Assembly (NCBI RefSeq): GCF_037042905.1
Contig: NC_087245.1
Coordinates: 39,310,001 to 39,374,000 of the forward strand
Length of the DNA stretch: 64,000 bases
Direction of reading: 5' to 3'
Source of the DNA: Lytechinus pictus
Taxonomy: Eukaryota
Within the stretch, counting starts at the first letter, position 1; every line of letters starts with the position of its first letter. Positions 53,246 to 64,000 of this stretch are shown piece by piece. A program made the position numbers and the translations under genes. The notes under the pieces were generated by a model. The model worked only from the letters and a program-made list of their open reading frames with translations, did no database searches and was not told the origin of the DNA.

Positions 53246-55056
53246 GCAATTCCCTAAAAAATTCAAACATTGAAGGTGGACTTTGTCGCCACCCAAATTT
53301 GCAAGTAGAAAAAAGATGTGGAAGATATTTACATGCATATTTTGATTTTGGATTCTATAATCTGTATTGGCGTAAATCCGGTCCGAGCAGGGGGGGGGGG
53401 GGGGGGGGGTGATAGCAATATATTGATCTGAAAATTCAAAATTTAAGGTACACCCCAACACCAAGGGCTTTGTATACGGGGGTACATGACCAAATATATA
53501 TTACAACCATCTTTCAGCTAAAGGTCTGTAAAGTAATGATTTAAGGTAATATCAATAATATGCGAGCGAGCGAGCAACTTTTCAGTAGTTGGAAGACAAA
53601 ATGATGTCCAAAAACCCTCTTTCAAGGGGAGTGTGATTATCACATCCCCTGCTATGTGCGTATACTGTAAGTGCGTACTTTATATATACTACCATCTTTC
53701 ACTTAAATGCTTATCATGAATTTGTTCGATGGCTATATTGTGAAGGATTTGTTAGGATATAAAGAAATTACTTACAAAAATATCAATACGCGAACAGGCA
53801 TGTATGCGAACGAGTGAAGCGAGCGAGCAAATTTACAATAGTTGGAAGACAGAATGATCATGACCAAATCGTCTTTCAAGGGGTGTGTAATCATGGAAGA
53901 AATGCAGCGAGTGAGCGTAGTGGGCGAGCCTTTAAAAGTTGCTTCAATCGTTTAAAATAATGTGCAACAAAGGATGATAAAGGTTAAATTTCAATAAATT
54001 AAACTACAGAAGAAAAGGACAAAGTAATATAAAGAGCAAGTAAGTATTAAACAGTCCATATTTTGTTCAATGAAAACTCATTTACTCACTGATTAAAGGT
54101 GAAATGAGAATGAAAAGGGAATCAATATTATCGGGATTAAGGGTGCTCTTGAAATGATTATACATGTAGGTCATCACAGGCCACAACATAAACCTCCGAA
54201 GGTGGAAATAGCACAATGATGAAAATTAAAAGAAAGATATTGCAGAAAGGAAAGAGTTTGAACAATCATTAATTTTATATTGGGAGCTACTGCAACATTC
54301 AAAATTTGGAGAAAAAAAAATCATATTTGAAATATTTTTCAGATTGTTATGGAATTAATGTGATTTAAAGTCTCCTATAATCGGATGAAATTGTAAAGTG
54401 TGTGGGAAATATTGTTGTCCTAACTTGCCTCTGTGTATTCTCCAATGGCGTGCTTGGACTTGCGTACATAGACCCACCAAGAAGCAATGCTGATAACGGC
54501 ATTGAATTGGTCAATGTTTTCAGTATCATATACTCTTAACTTGAAGTATAGAGTATTTTATGTATAATATTTTTAGTACAAATTATCCCTCGATTCCACA
54601 AAGATTTTATTTATAGCATGATCCCCCCCCCCCTCGCCCCCTCGCCACATTTATTTTAGATTTGATGATTAGAAATCCCCTTAAAAAAGGTTTTGCTCAA
54701 CTTGGCATTAGCACGAAACACACATGTACTTCAGGCAGAAATGTAATCTGATGGTGAAAATATGATTGTAATCAGTATCCTTGTGACAAATGTCCTTTCC
54801 ATTTTGTTCGCCCCCATGCCACCAACGAAAATACATTCAGCTGCCTCTGGTCACACACTTGTCGCAAACAAAACGGTCAACTTGGTCTTAAGAATTTCGA
54901 GGTAATGAACGCTTCTGAACTTTTCTCTTAAAAAGAAGTACTGCAAATATTTACAAAAATCTATATTTGCAGTTCTTTCTTTTAATGAACTGTATACAGT
55001 CTGGCTTTCCCTCTCCTTTCCTCTCGAGGCCTACATCAGGTTCCACGGGCCCAAAT

Positions 55057-55500
55057 CATAGACTGGTGTGTTAAAATGGCACTTAAAAAAACATCATAGA
55101 AAATAATGATGAAATTCGGTGGTCGAATGTTTACTAATAGTTGACAGGACATACATGTAAATCTGACAATCCATATCTGACCAGAAAAAGGGTCCCTCGA
55201 CCTGCTCATTTTAAAAATAATTTGGCATTTATGAAGACATCTCCTGCGGGATCAAATTCATCACCTGAAACAGTAAAATATCCCTAATCCTTCCGCCATT
55301 CTAATATAGTTCCAATGGTTGTGATATTTCTTCCCAATTTGGGAAAAAGGGGTTCAGTAGTTATCCGCAATAGAATCAGTGTTAGATGGACAATCTCTTT
55401 CATACACTTTGTCAACAAGCTATATTTAAAAAAAATGGAGAATGGGTTGGCTCGAATGAATATCTTTTGCCTTCCCGTTGTTAATAGGCCCTTGCAACCA
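55057..55500. repeat. Second copy of the dispersed repeat at 32530-32990
   Basis: Same collinear blocks as above. Confidence 0.8.
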
Positions 55501-56606
55501 TCAATGTCAAGCTCCAAGCTTACTATGTCTGTCTTCCACATTTAATTATTAATTCGACATATTTGGTATTTTTTTTATAATTCTGTTTTTATTGAAAAAA
55601 AATCAAGAAAAGCACATTATTTACAAGAATTGTTGCATGATTAAAGTACAAAATATAGTTTATATACATGTTTCATCATTTTTTAAAGATAAAAAATTTC
55701 CATGTATAATTTATATCTGACTTTATATCTGAACAATAAATATGCTACTATGTTCGTCATTATGTTTATTGTTATGAAATGCCGAAAAATGATTATACTT
55801 ACTTTGTTAGTGAAATGTGGAAATAACACAAAATCAAATGAATAAATAAATACAATTATTGATGGATTGTACAGATTGTACGTATTTTTAATACAATATA
55901 AGTGTTTTTTATAGTTTGTATACATTTTTTTTCTTTTTTCCCCCTTCCACAGGGTTCTTTATTTTCAAAAAACATAGTTACACTGTATAAATATTTACAA
56001 TTTTTCAGACAAACAGTAAATAAACATGGTATATACATAATTCCTAATACATAGACATGTAGTCAAACTGACTTATTATACAATCAATTTGTCACAGCCA
56101 AAGCAAATTTTGCAAGAAAAAAAAGAGATCTGATACATGTATCTAAGAAATAAACACAGGTACTGTAATAATTATTTTTGTTAATGTGATAGATTGCCAG
56201 CTTGTTCGAAAAAGTTTTTGAAACGAAACCATTTCTTTCTGAACTTATTTGCTCTGAAATTTGTTTTATAAATATATTTTTCCATTTCATAATTAAGTTT
56301 TAAAGCCAACATAATTGAGGTAAATGAAGGTAACTCTTTTCTCAATTTGGCTAAATATATCTCTTTTCTTACGATCATCATGACACAGTTAAGAGCATTA
56401 TTATTTGTACCACAAAATCCAAACAATTTGTTTTCATTCGTTAATACGATCACCTCTCGAGTATTTTGAAATATCCATGATTCTATTTTCGACCATATTA
56501 CATTAGAATGAGTACAAAGGCAAAATATATGCATAATTGTTTAAAATAAAAAATAAAATAAAAGCGCACGTATCCACCTTGCTAGGTGCTCAAGGCGCTC
56601 CTATAT

Positions 56607-56781
56607 CAGGGGCAGGGGAAGCGGGGGGTGGGGGGCTGGGGGGGTTTCAGCTCCCCCACTTTTTTCCAAAACCGTGTACAAAAACGTAAAAATGACCATA
56701 TGATTGTAATTTTTTGCATGGTCAGCCCCCCCCCCCACTTTTGGCTCACCCCCCACTTTGAAAACCGTTCCGCGGCCCCTG
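56607..56781. mobile_element. hAT-like MITE inserted in the SINE
   Basis: CAGGGGC...GCGGCCCCTG ends with CTATAT on both flanks (one-base offset). Related left ends occur at ~35296 and ~60272. Confidence 0.7.
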
Positions 56782-56808
56782 TCTATATATATTACCCCGG
56801 CTAAGCTA

Positions 56809-57957
56809 ATTATAGACCCATATCATTATTACCATAATAAACTTTCTTTGAATTTTGATAAAACTAAATTTATTATTTTCAGAACAAAAAACAGGAGGGT
56901 TCCAAGTGACCTCTCAAATCTTACTATTGGTGGTCATGATATATCACGTGTAGAAAATATTCAATTTTTAGGTATTTCAGTTAATGAATACCTCTCTTGG
57001 AAACCACATATTAATAATGTGTGTAACAAAGTTTCGAGGTCTATAGGAATCATTTCAAAACTTAAATTCATATTGCCTAAAAATATACTTATTACTTTGT
57101 ATCATAGCCTAATCTTGCCTCACCTAACATACTGCAACTCAGTTTGGGGTCATACTTTCAAAAGTCATCTAAATTATCAATACTCCAGAAAAAATCAATG
57201 AGACTTATTTCATCATCTCCATATAACTGTCCATGTTATGCCATTGTTCATCAAAATGAATATTTTACCTTTATCTGATCTCATTCCTATGGATTTCCTT
57301 ATTTTCATCTATAAATAAAAATCTGGAATTTTGCCAAAGATATTTGATAATATGTTTACTCTTAACATGCTTAACTCAACAGTATATAATTATAACACGC
57401 GTCAATGTAAATTATTTTATCAACCCAAGGTTTCCTCTTCCATGGTCTTAAATTTGTCTTAAATTGTGGAATAGCCTTGACCACATTACTCAACAAAGTT
57501 CAACACTTTCCAAATTCAAACTCTCTTTAAAAAGACTGTACTTTTCTAAAATGAATTCATGCTGAGTTACAATGTATTATCTATACGATGTTAAATTCTC
57601 ATTCTCTTTTCTTTAATTGTGAATGGTATTTATCATGACTCTTTCCTTTCTACCTCTTCCACCTTCACTGTCTCCCCTCTCTTTCTATTTTTCTCTCTCT
57701 CTAATTTATGTGTATACACATGTGTGTGTGTGTTTATTATTACATATGTATTTTAATGTATAATTTGTATTATAATGTTATAATGTATAATTTATAATGT
57801 TAACCTCAAATGTTTAGTGTATGTTGGGACCCTGCTTACAAGCACTGTGCTTATTAAGGGTATCCCTCCATTTTTAAACAATATGTATTTGTATTTCATG
57901 CCAGATTTTTATGTACACTTATTTTTAAAGATGGTAAATAAATTGAAATTGAAATTG
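56809..57957 (+). mobile_element. 5'-truncated CR1/L2-group LINE inserted in the SINE
   Basis: NKLSLNFDKTKFIIF...FLGISVNEYLSWKPHI...LYHSLILPHLTYCNSVWG (RT C-terminal region), a 3'UTR ending AATAAA(TTGAAA)n, and the direct repeat AAGCTA at 56803-56808 and 57958-57963. Confidence 0.88.
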
Positions 57958-58378
57958 AAGCTAGTCTACCGATTCTGGTGCGCACAGCTTTTTGAGGAAT
58001 TTCTTCCTGCCGGTACCCATTTACCTCACCTGGGTCGAGGGCAGCACAGTGTGGATAAATTTCTTGCTGAAGGAAAACACGCCATGGCTAGGATTCGAAC
58101 CCACGACCCTCTGTTTGAAAGGGAGAGTCAGAACCACTAGACCACGACGCGCCCATCATTATGTTTCATCATTATCAATACAAAAAGTACATTTCATATT
58201 TGTTACTATACCAAATTTCAACAGAGAATCTTTCATATATAAAATATTTTGTATAAAATTTTAATTTGAAACCATCTTATGTTTATTATCCATTGTTGCC
58301 TGAAAAGGAATCATACAAAAAGCAACCCAAAGGTCATCTCGAAAACCTAACAGACCTTTCCGGCTGACAAGAGCCTAA

Positions 58379-58809
58379 AGCCCCCATCACACTTATTCCG
58401 AATCAAGCAGAATTGGCCTGAATGAAAGGACTATTGTTTGACCACCAGTTGGTCATTTAAATCTACTTCGAACACCGTTCGAAAATATCCCTCGAATGTT
58501 TTGAACATGACCAAAACCTTCGGGACGGCCAAAAGAAATGACAAAAATATTTCGAATGCACTCAGAATGCAGTCAGGATATTTAGAATGCCCCTAGAATG
58601 TCCAAGAACGTAGCACGAATTATCAATCTGACTCCATTGCGGTTCATTTTGACTAGTGTATGATGATACACCTGGTCAATTTACTGAATTTCAACTCCAG
58701 TTTGGTGAATTCATAAGTTCCTCCCAAAAATTTCTAGATTTTTTGAATATTTTTTTCTTTCCAGCTTCTGCTTGATTTCTGCTGATTCCGAATAAGTGTG
58801 ATGGGGGCT
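58379..58809. mobile_element. PIF/Harbinger-like MITE with TAA TSD inside the Tx1 LINE
   Basis: TAA-AGCCCCCATCACACTTATTCCGAATCA ... TGATTCCGAATAAGTGTGATGGGGGCT-TAA; TIR matches at 26 of 27 bp. Confidence 0.85.
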
Positions 58810-59487
58810 TAACATTCTTCAACTTTAAAGTTAAAAAAAAGAGCGATATATTATTTGAGCAACCTACACGTGTTTTCACAACAAGGTGCAGAGCTTCAGG
58901 AATGATTGGTTCAATAGATTTAGTAATTATATGTAAATGTGTGGGAAAACCAGACCTAATTGCGTCACAAAGACCGTAATACTGTAGAAAATTGGTTTGT
59001 ATACCATAAACCCGTTGAAATTCAAAGTATGGAAAGAAGGTACCATCTGTTCTAAGAATGTCATTAACAAAATGTATTCCTCGTAAATCCCAAGACCTGA
59101 AATAGATTGCTTTGTTATTTATTTTTATTCGAGGGTTATTCCAGAGAGGCTGACAGGCTGTGTCATCAATTAACAATTCAAGCAAGTCTGACCAAGCAAG
59201 TAAAACTTCTTTCCAAAATGGATTGTAATTCGTGTCTGCCAATGTTCTGTAATAAGGTTGTGTGTTTGATTTAAGAAAACATTGAACATATGAAAAGTAA
59301 AACTGTTTTGAGAATCATTTAAAAATCGTCTTATCCATTAAATCTTCAGAGATTTAGCATGTATAAAAATATCTATCATTTTAACCCCGCCTTTATCATA
59401 CAGTTGACACATTTGCCTTCTACTTATTTTGTCAAGTTTGTTTCCCCATATAAATGCATAAAATGAACGATTTATATCTTTCATTAT

Positions 59488-59870
59488 TTGTTTGTTTTTA
59501 TTTCCGAATCAGATAAAAAAATATGCAATATACAAGAGAGATACATACAATAACGGAGGATCACCCAATTCAGCTGTATTTTCAAAATACTGCTGTTCTT
59601 CCTTGGGGTCCTACTTGGTTCTGGAAGTGTGTATATATATACATGCTTCAACATTTTTAAAGACAAAATTTTCCATGTATAATTTATATCTGACTTAGAA
59701 CACTACTATATCCATCATTATGGTATCATTATGTTCATCATTATGTTTATTGTTATGAAATGCTGAAAAATGATTATACTTATATATACTTTGTTATTGA
59801 AGTGTGGAAATAAAACAAAATCAAAGAAATAAATAAAATTCTTGATGACAGGTTTGGATTGTACAGATAA
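59488..59870 (-). mobile_element. Second copy of the Tx1-like 3'UTR
   Basis: TTTCCATGTATAATTTATATCTGACTT and TTATGTTTATTGTTATGAAATG match 55695-55800. Confidence 0.7.
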
Positions 59871-60728
59871 TCAAAGTGGCAAAAATGACCGAAATGGTTG
59901 AAATATTTTCATATTTATTGGAAATGATAATCAAGTTTGCATTTGTTATGGGTGAAATAATACATCCGGTAGCATTTCACCAACATAATGTCCGACAATT
60001 TGTCAGATATGACAACTTTCCTTGATTCTAATTGGCTGAAGCACTGTTTCTATGGTAACTGTCGCCTGTCGGGTAAAACAGGGCATGTCAGACGGTTTTT
60101 CCGACATTTTTTTTTCATGAAACGCTCCCTACAGAACGACTCCGAGCCGTATTGAAAATTTTAGATCATTGGTTATCTCAGAGCCTAAAAAGGCCCAAAT
60201 AACTACTGGTTCGATATATAGGGGCAATAACAATTACATGTATATGATTATTGCGAATGTTTCACGACGTTCAGGGGGGCCGCGGAAAGATTATGAAAGT
60301 GTGTGTGGGAGGGGGGAGAGGAGGTTGGGGAGGGGTTGACCATGCAAAAAAAAAAGATTCTCAATCGGATGGTCGTTTTTAACGCTTTTTTTTTTTAAAT
60401 ACGTTTCCGTGCATATTTTGCCACGTTAGGCCGAATTGATCTTAAGAGGGCGCTATGTAAGTTTATGTTTTTAAACAAGTTTAATCTCTGTATACAGAAG
60501 CTGCCCCTGGACGGACACCACGTCACTTACACGTGTTAAATACAACTTTGTTGAATTAAACGTTTCCTTTAATATATTGAGAAATATGGAAAATATGAAA
60601 AACTATGGAAATGTACACCTCAATGTTCCAAAAGTATGCATTCGTAATTAACTATCACCGGGGGCTAATTCCGACATTCTTTCGAGATCCTAATCCCCGC
60701 CTCTTTTTTTTAAATCTAAATTTCGCTC

Positions 60729-61047
60729 ATTGGTTAAGGCTAAAGGGGGTGTTGTCGTTTCTAGAGTGCGCGACTCCTCTTGTTTTATACGATAGGAGCT
60801 CTGATTGGACGCACTCTATTAGAGTTGTTTTCTGATTGGTTATAATTGTCGTTTCTAGAGTGCGCGACTCCTCTTGTTTTTTTACAATAGGAGCTCTGAT
60901 TGGACGCACTCTAGTAGAGTTGTTTTCTGATTGGTTATAACATGTAACTGTCTATGTGATTGGTAATTTTAGGTTAGGCGATCTTAGGATCGGACCAACT
61001 AGCGTCGCGCTTGAATTGGTTATGGTTGTAATGGCCTTTGTGATTGG
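60729..61047. promoter_or_regulatory. Cluster of eight same-orientation CCAAT boxes, partly within a ~95 bp tandem duplication
   Basis: ATTGG at 60729, 60804, 60835, 60899, 60930, 60959, 61015 and 61043; four are in CTGATTGG context. The duplication spans 60752-60940. Confidence 0.4.
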
Positions 61048-61146
61048 AAAGTGTTTTAGGTACTTGTCGCTGTTTGAGAATGAACTAGTTTATCGAAGGC
61101 GCGGCGATTGAGAGCTCTGGCCAGTTTTATTTTTGTTCTTCGTTAA

Positions 61147-61741
61147 AGGGGAATCCAACCCAAATAAAAACTTGTTTTTATAAGGAAAAGAAAATTCAGA
61201 CAAATTGATAGGTGAAAGTTTGAACAATATTGGACAAACTACAAGAAAGTTATGAATTTTTAAAAGTTGTAAATATTTGTAATCACTATACCCATGGAGA
61301 CTTCAAATTGGCCGCATATGGGATGTCAAAGTGATGTTAGGCAAGGACTACTCTTCCATGTACTCCAATACATATTATGGCTAAAATGTCATTTTTCCCA
61401 AAAGTTTTATTTCAAATTATATTTTTCTTTCTTGAGGACATAAAACAATATACTACCTGGGATATATTTAGATTACTGCCCCAGGGGAATGGGTACTTAG
61501 GAAAAAACCACAAATCCCTGATAATAAAGTACATGGCATATGGGAAAGTTGTCCTTGCCCCTTGTCATAAGTTACTTACTCAGTTGCCAATTCGAAATCT
61601 ACATAGTATTAGTGATCTCAATTTTAAAACAGCTATAACTTTCTTATTGCTTGTCCGATTTCTTTCAAACTTTTACCATTCTGTTTAATTTATTTTTCTC
61701 CTTCCCAACACAACATTTTATGGCCAAGGCTGGATTCCCCT
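61147..61741. mobile_element. Non-autonomous DNA transposon (Kolobok-like MITE) with TTAA TSD
   Basis: TTAA-AGGGGAATCCAACC ... GGCTGGATTCCCCT-TTAA; TIR matches at 13 of 14 bp. Confidence 0.82.
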
Positions 61742-63274
61742 TTAAGTAGGATGTGCGCTGTTTAGTTGGTTTCCGGATCTGTGGCTCGCCCAGCCTTCAG
61801 AAAAAGACATTTCTAATATTTACGAGGATTTGTTTTTCACATTCGACGGAACGCTGATATATCAATCTTTTTGAAGAGATCTGATAAATAGACTTCAACT
61901 GGAATGAACTTGTTCATCTCTTTATTTTTGTCGTCATCGTACGGTACTCCTACACTAATAAATCTTTGAACCTGAAATGGAACACTACTAATCTTTTGGC
62001 GTGTAATCTTGCACCCTCGGTAGAAAAAAAGGCAACACATTTTTATTTTTATTTGTACCAAGAAATATTCGTTTACACTCTAAACGGTGCATTTTTCACC
62101 TTTTAAGGTGCAGAATACCTGACATTAAACAAGGTCAAAATTTGAATTCATTACATGGTTCATCTCTGTGTACCCTATATGGCGCTGGATATCGCTAACT
62201 GCATAATTTGAGCCCTCATTAGTATGTACACAAGTCATGTACGTGTAAAATCGCGAAATCTCATAAGAACGACCCATTTCGTCATCTACTATAGAAATTA
62301 TATTAATAAAAATACAGTGTTTATTCATCTATATTCATAGAAAAACAAGTAGTATAAATTATGATCTTATGTTAATCATACATCAATTTGATATTTCACA
62401 CAATTTCAATACGATACAGTCGTAGAAATACCTGAATCTAGTTTTGAACAGAATTCAACATCTATTACCACATCTCAATGTCAAAGCATTTGTTGTAATA
62501 ATTGTAACATAAAACTTAGTATTAGGCAAGTGATACTGTTTTGGGGGGTATGCATCAGGCCCGCGCACCACACAATAATAATTGCGTTCAGTAACTATAT
62601 CAGAAGCGCACGGATCTGGCGCTGGTCTGGTGCTGATAAAAGCACCAAAATAGCCCGCGCCATTCAAAAACTTAAAATTTTACGACTTAGCCAGGGACTG
62701 GCCCGGATCAGCGAGCTACGGAAAGCGGTATAAAATGGCAAAATAACGGCATGGCTTAGCAAAGTCTCAGTTACAGCTTTAATTTTTTTTTTCTTTTCAT
62801 TTTGAAACAAAACCTTTCATGACTGGAGTGTTTGCCAGCCGCTGGGATGAAGATTATTTTGAAAACCGAGAATCCAGCTCCTTCTATGGGTGCACATAGG
62901 CACCCCTATATGGGGTGACTCGTACTCGTATGGGGGCAGCAAATGTAATGCACCCCTAGATTTGATAACATGCATGGAGCTAAAAAGGAAAAGAAATAAA
63001 TACTATAATATATTAAAAAGATGTATTATTATGTGACTCTTTACCAATGATATTTGATTAAAACAACAAAATAACGTTACCTGTATATGGCCTACACTCT
63101 AAATTTCAATTTTATCAAAAAATCTTTCCAGATCGGCTGGGAATAATGGCGAGCCGAATTCTGGATATATTCTAATCTTAGGGACTAACTTTCAAATCTC
63201 AAAAGATCTAAAATCAATTGTTTTAGCTTCATATTCAAATCCACAAGGTTTGAATCTAAATCTCACCCCTACGT

Positions 63275-63953
63275 CTAAATACGAGAGTCATACATTTCTT
63301 GATAATAGGGCATGACTGCTTCAACACACTCTTTGATATCTTCAGTCAGATCCTCTAGTTGTGGAAGAGGGCCGGGAGGAAAAAAATGTGTGGTATTAAA
63401 GGAATTCTTGCAGTACATCCGGATAAATTCGAAATCGTTTGGTGGTGTGAACGCGTTTATCCAACTGCTAGTAGTATCCGGACTTCCAGGCCACTTCAGT
63501 AGGTCATCTGTGTAGGGGATTCCAACCGCGGTGCAAAACCGTGGTAACATCGTGATCGGGTCGGATAGCAGATCGTCGCTGTCTAGAACGACCGGGTTCG
63601 GATCGTAATTCTGCTTGACGTGCAACCATAGATCATAGGTCTCCTTGAAGAAGTGTCCAGGCGGTGCGTAAATAGCCGACAGATCGTTCACCATGTGGAA
63701 AGTTTCAGACCTTGTCTTGTTTGGTTCCGAACCCACCTGTTCCGGCTCCGGTTCCAGGTCGAGATCTAACATAATTCTTCGCCAAGATGCGAAGACCTTC
63801 CTCGGATGTCGGAGCAGAAACGCGTATCGATATCCGAGCGATTTTTCGGGTAGGAAATTGTAGCGACCGTCAATGCAGTATGCCATATCCTTTACGAATA
63901 TCACATCTTTATCCGGACTCGGGTTTTCACAAAGATCTTTAATGCAAGGGTAT
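63275..63953 (-). CDS. Last coding exon of a sulfotransferase-fold protein (Sulfotransfer_5 / BCAT-like N-terminal type); the gene continues beyond the window
   Basis: Acceptor AG at 63955-63954, then an open frame YPCIKDLCENPSPDKDVIFVKDMAY...FLLRHPRKVFASW...PVVLDSDDLLSDP...FCTAVGIPYTDDLLKW to the stop at 63275. The RHPxxxxxS and DxDDLLxDP motifs fit this family. Confidence 0.82.
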
Positions 63954-64000
63954 CTAAAATGAGGATAAGAAATCGGTAAGAATAATGAAAAATCATCAAT

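Larger units (their letters stand above)
56543..58154 (-). mobile_element. tRNA-derived SINE (same family as 44870-45192) interrupted by two insertions
   Basis: Pieces 56543-56606, 56782-56808 and 57958-58154 rejoin into a sequence collinear with the intact copy. Confidence 0.8.
55570..59487 (-). mobile_element. Fragmented Tx1/L1-clade LINE (ORF2 C-terminal part + 3'UTR) split by later insertions
   Basis: Segment 59487-58813 encodes FIWGNKLDKISRRQMCQLYDKGG...PFWKEVLLAW...PLWNNPRIKI...FLQYYGL. Segment 58296-58160 encodes RWFQIKILYKI...KCTFCIDNDET. Segment 56542-56240 encodes ETIMHIFCLC..., followed by a UTR to an A-rich tail near 55570. The ORF is frameshifted. Confidence 0.8.

Noticed and set aside
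52941..53464. Glu/Arg/Leu/Ser low-complexity ORFs (also 34324-34740, 38024-38692, 47693-48160)
   Set aside because: Products of simple purine/pyrimidine or triplet repeats.

Overview
AT-rich, intron-containing animal DNA. The repeat families and gene content suggest an invertebrate deuterostome, possibly a sea urchin (inference only). I could splice by hand three paralogous genes with an N-terminal CABIT-like (GAREM/Themis-type) region. Gene A (+, 7375-12158, 5 exons, 758 aa) has a Pro-rich tail and a GAREM-type SAM. Gene B (-, 26156-21739, 5 exons, 571 aa) has an acidic tail and no SAM. Gene C (-, 48391-41248, 6 exons, 619 aa) has an acidic/Pro-rich tail and a SAM. All three share intron phases 0,1,1,1 and a 168-nt exon 4. 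Their CABIT-like region looks shorter than in GAREM and seems to lack the signature cysteine subrepeat. Gene A carries a compact set of candidate actin-regulator motifs (FPPPP, PxxDY, poly-Pro, WH2/VASP-like helices). The last exon of a sulfotransferase-like gene sits at the right edge. A ~5.9 kb 35-39 bp minisatellite with higher-order structure lies between the convergent 3' ends of genes A and B. The rest is transposon debris: a foldback-like palindrome, Kolobok-, Harbinger- and hAT-like MITEs, tRNA-SINEs, CR1/L2 and Tx1 fragments, including a multi-layer nested insertion at 55.6-59.9 kb. Family assignments come from remembered motifs, not database searches.
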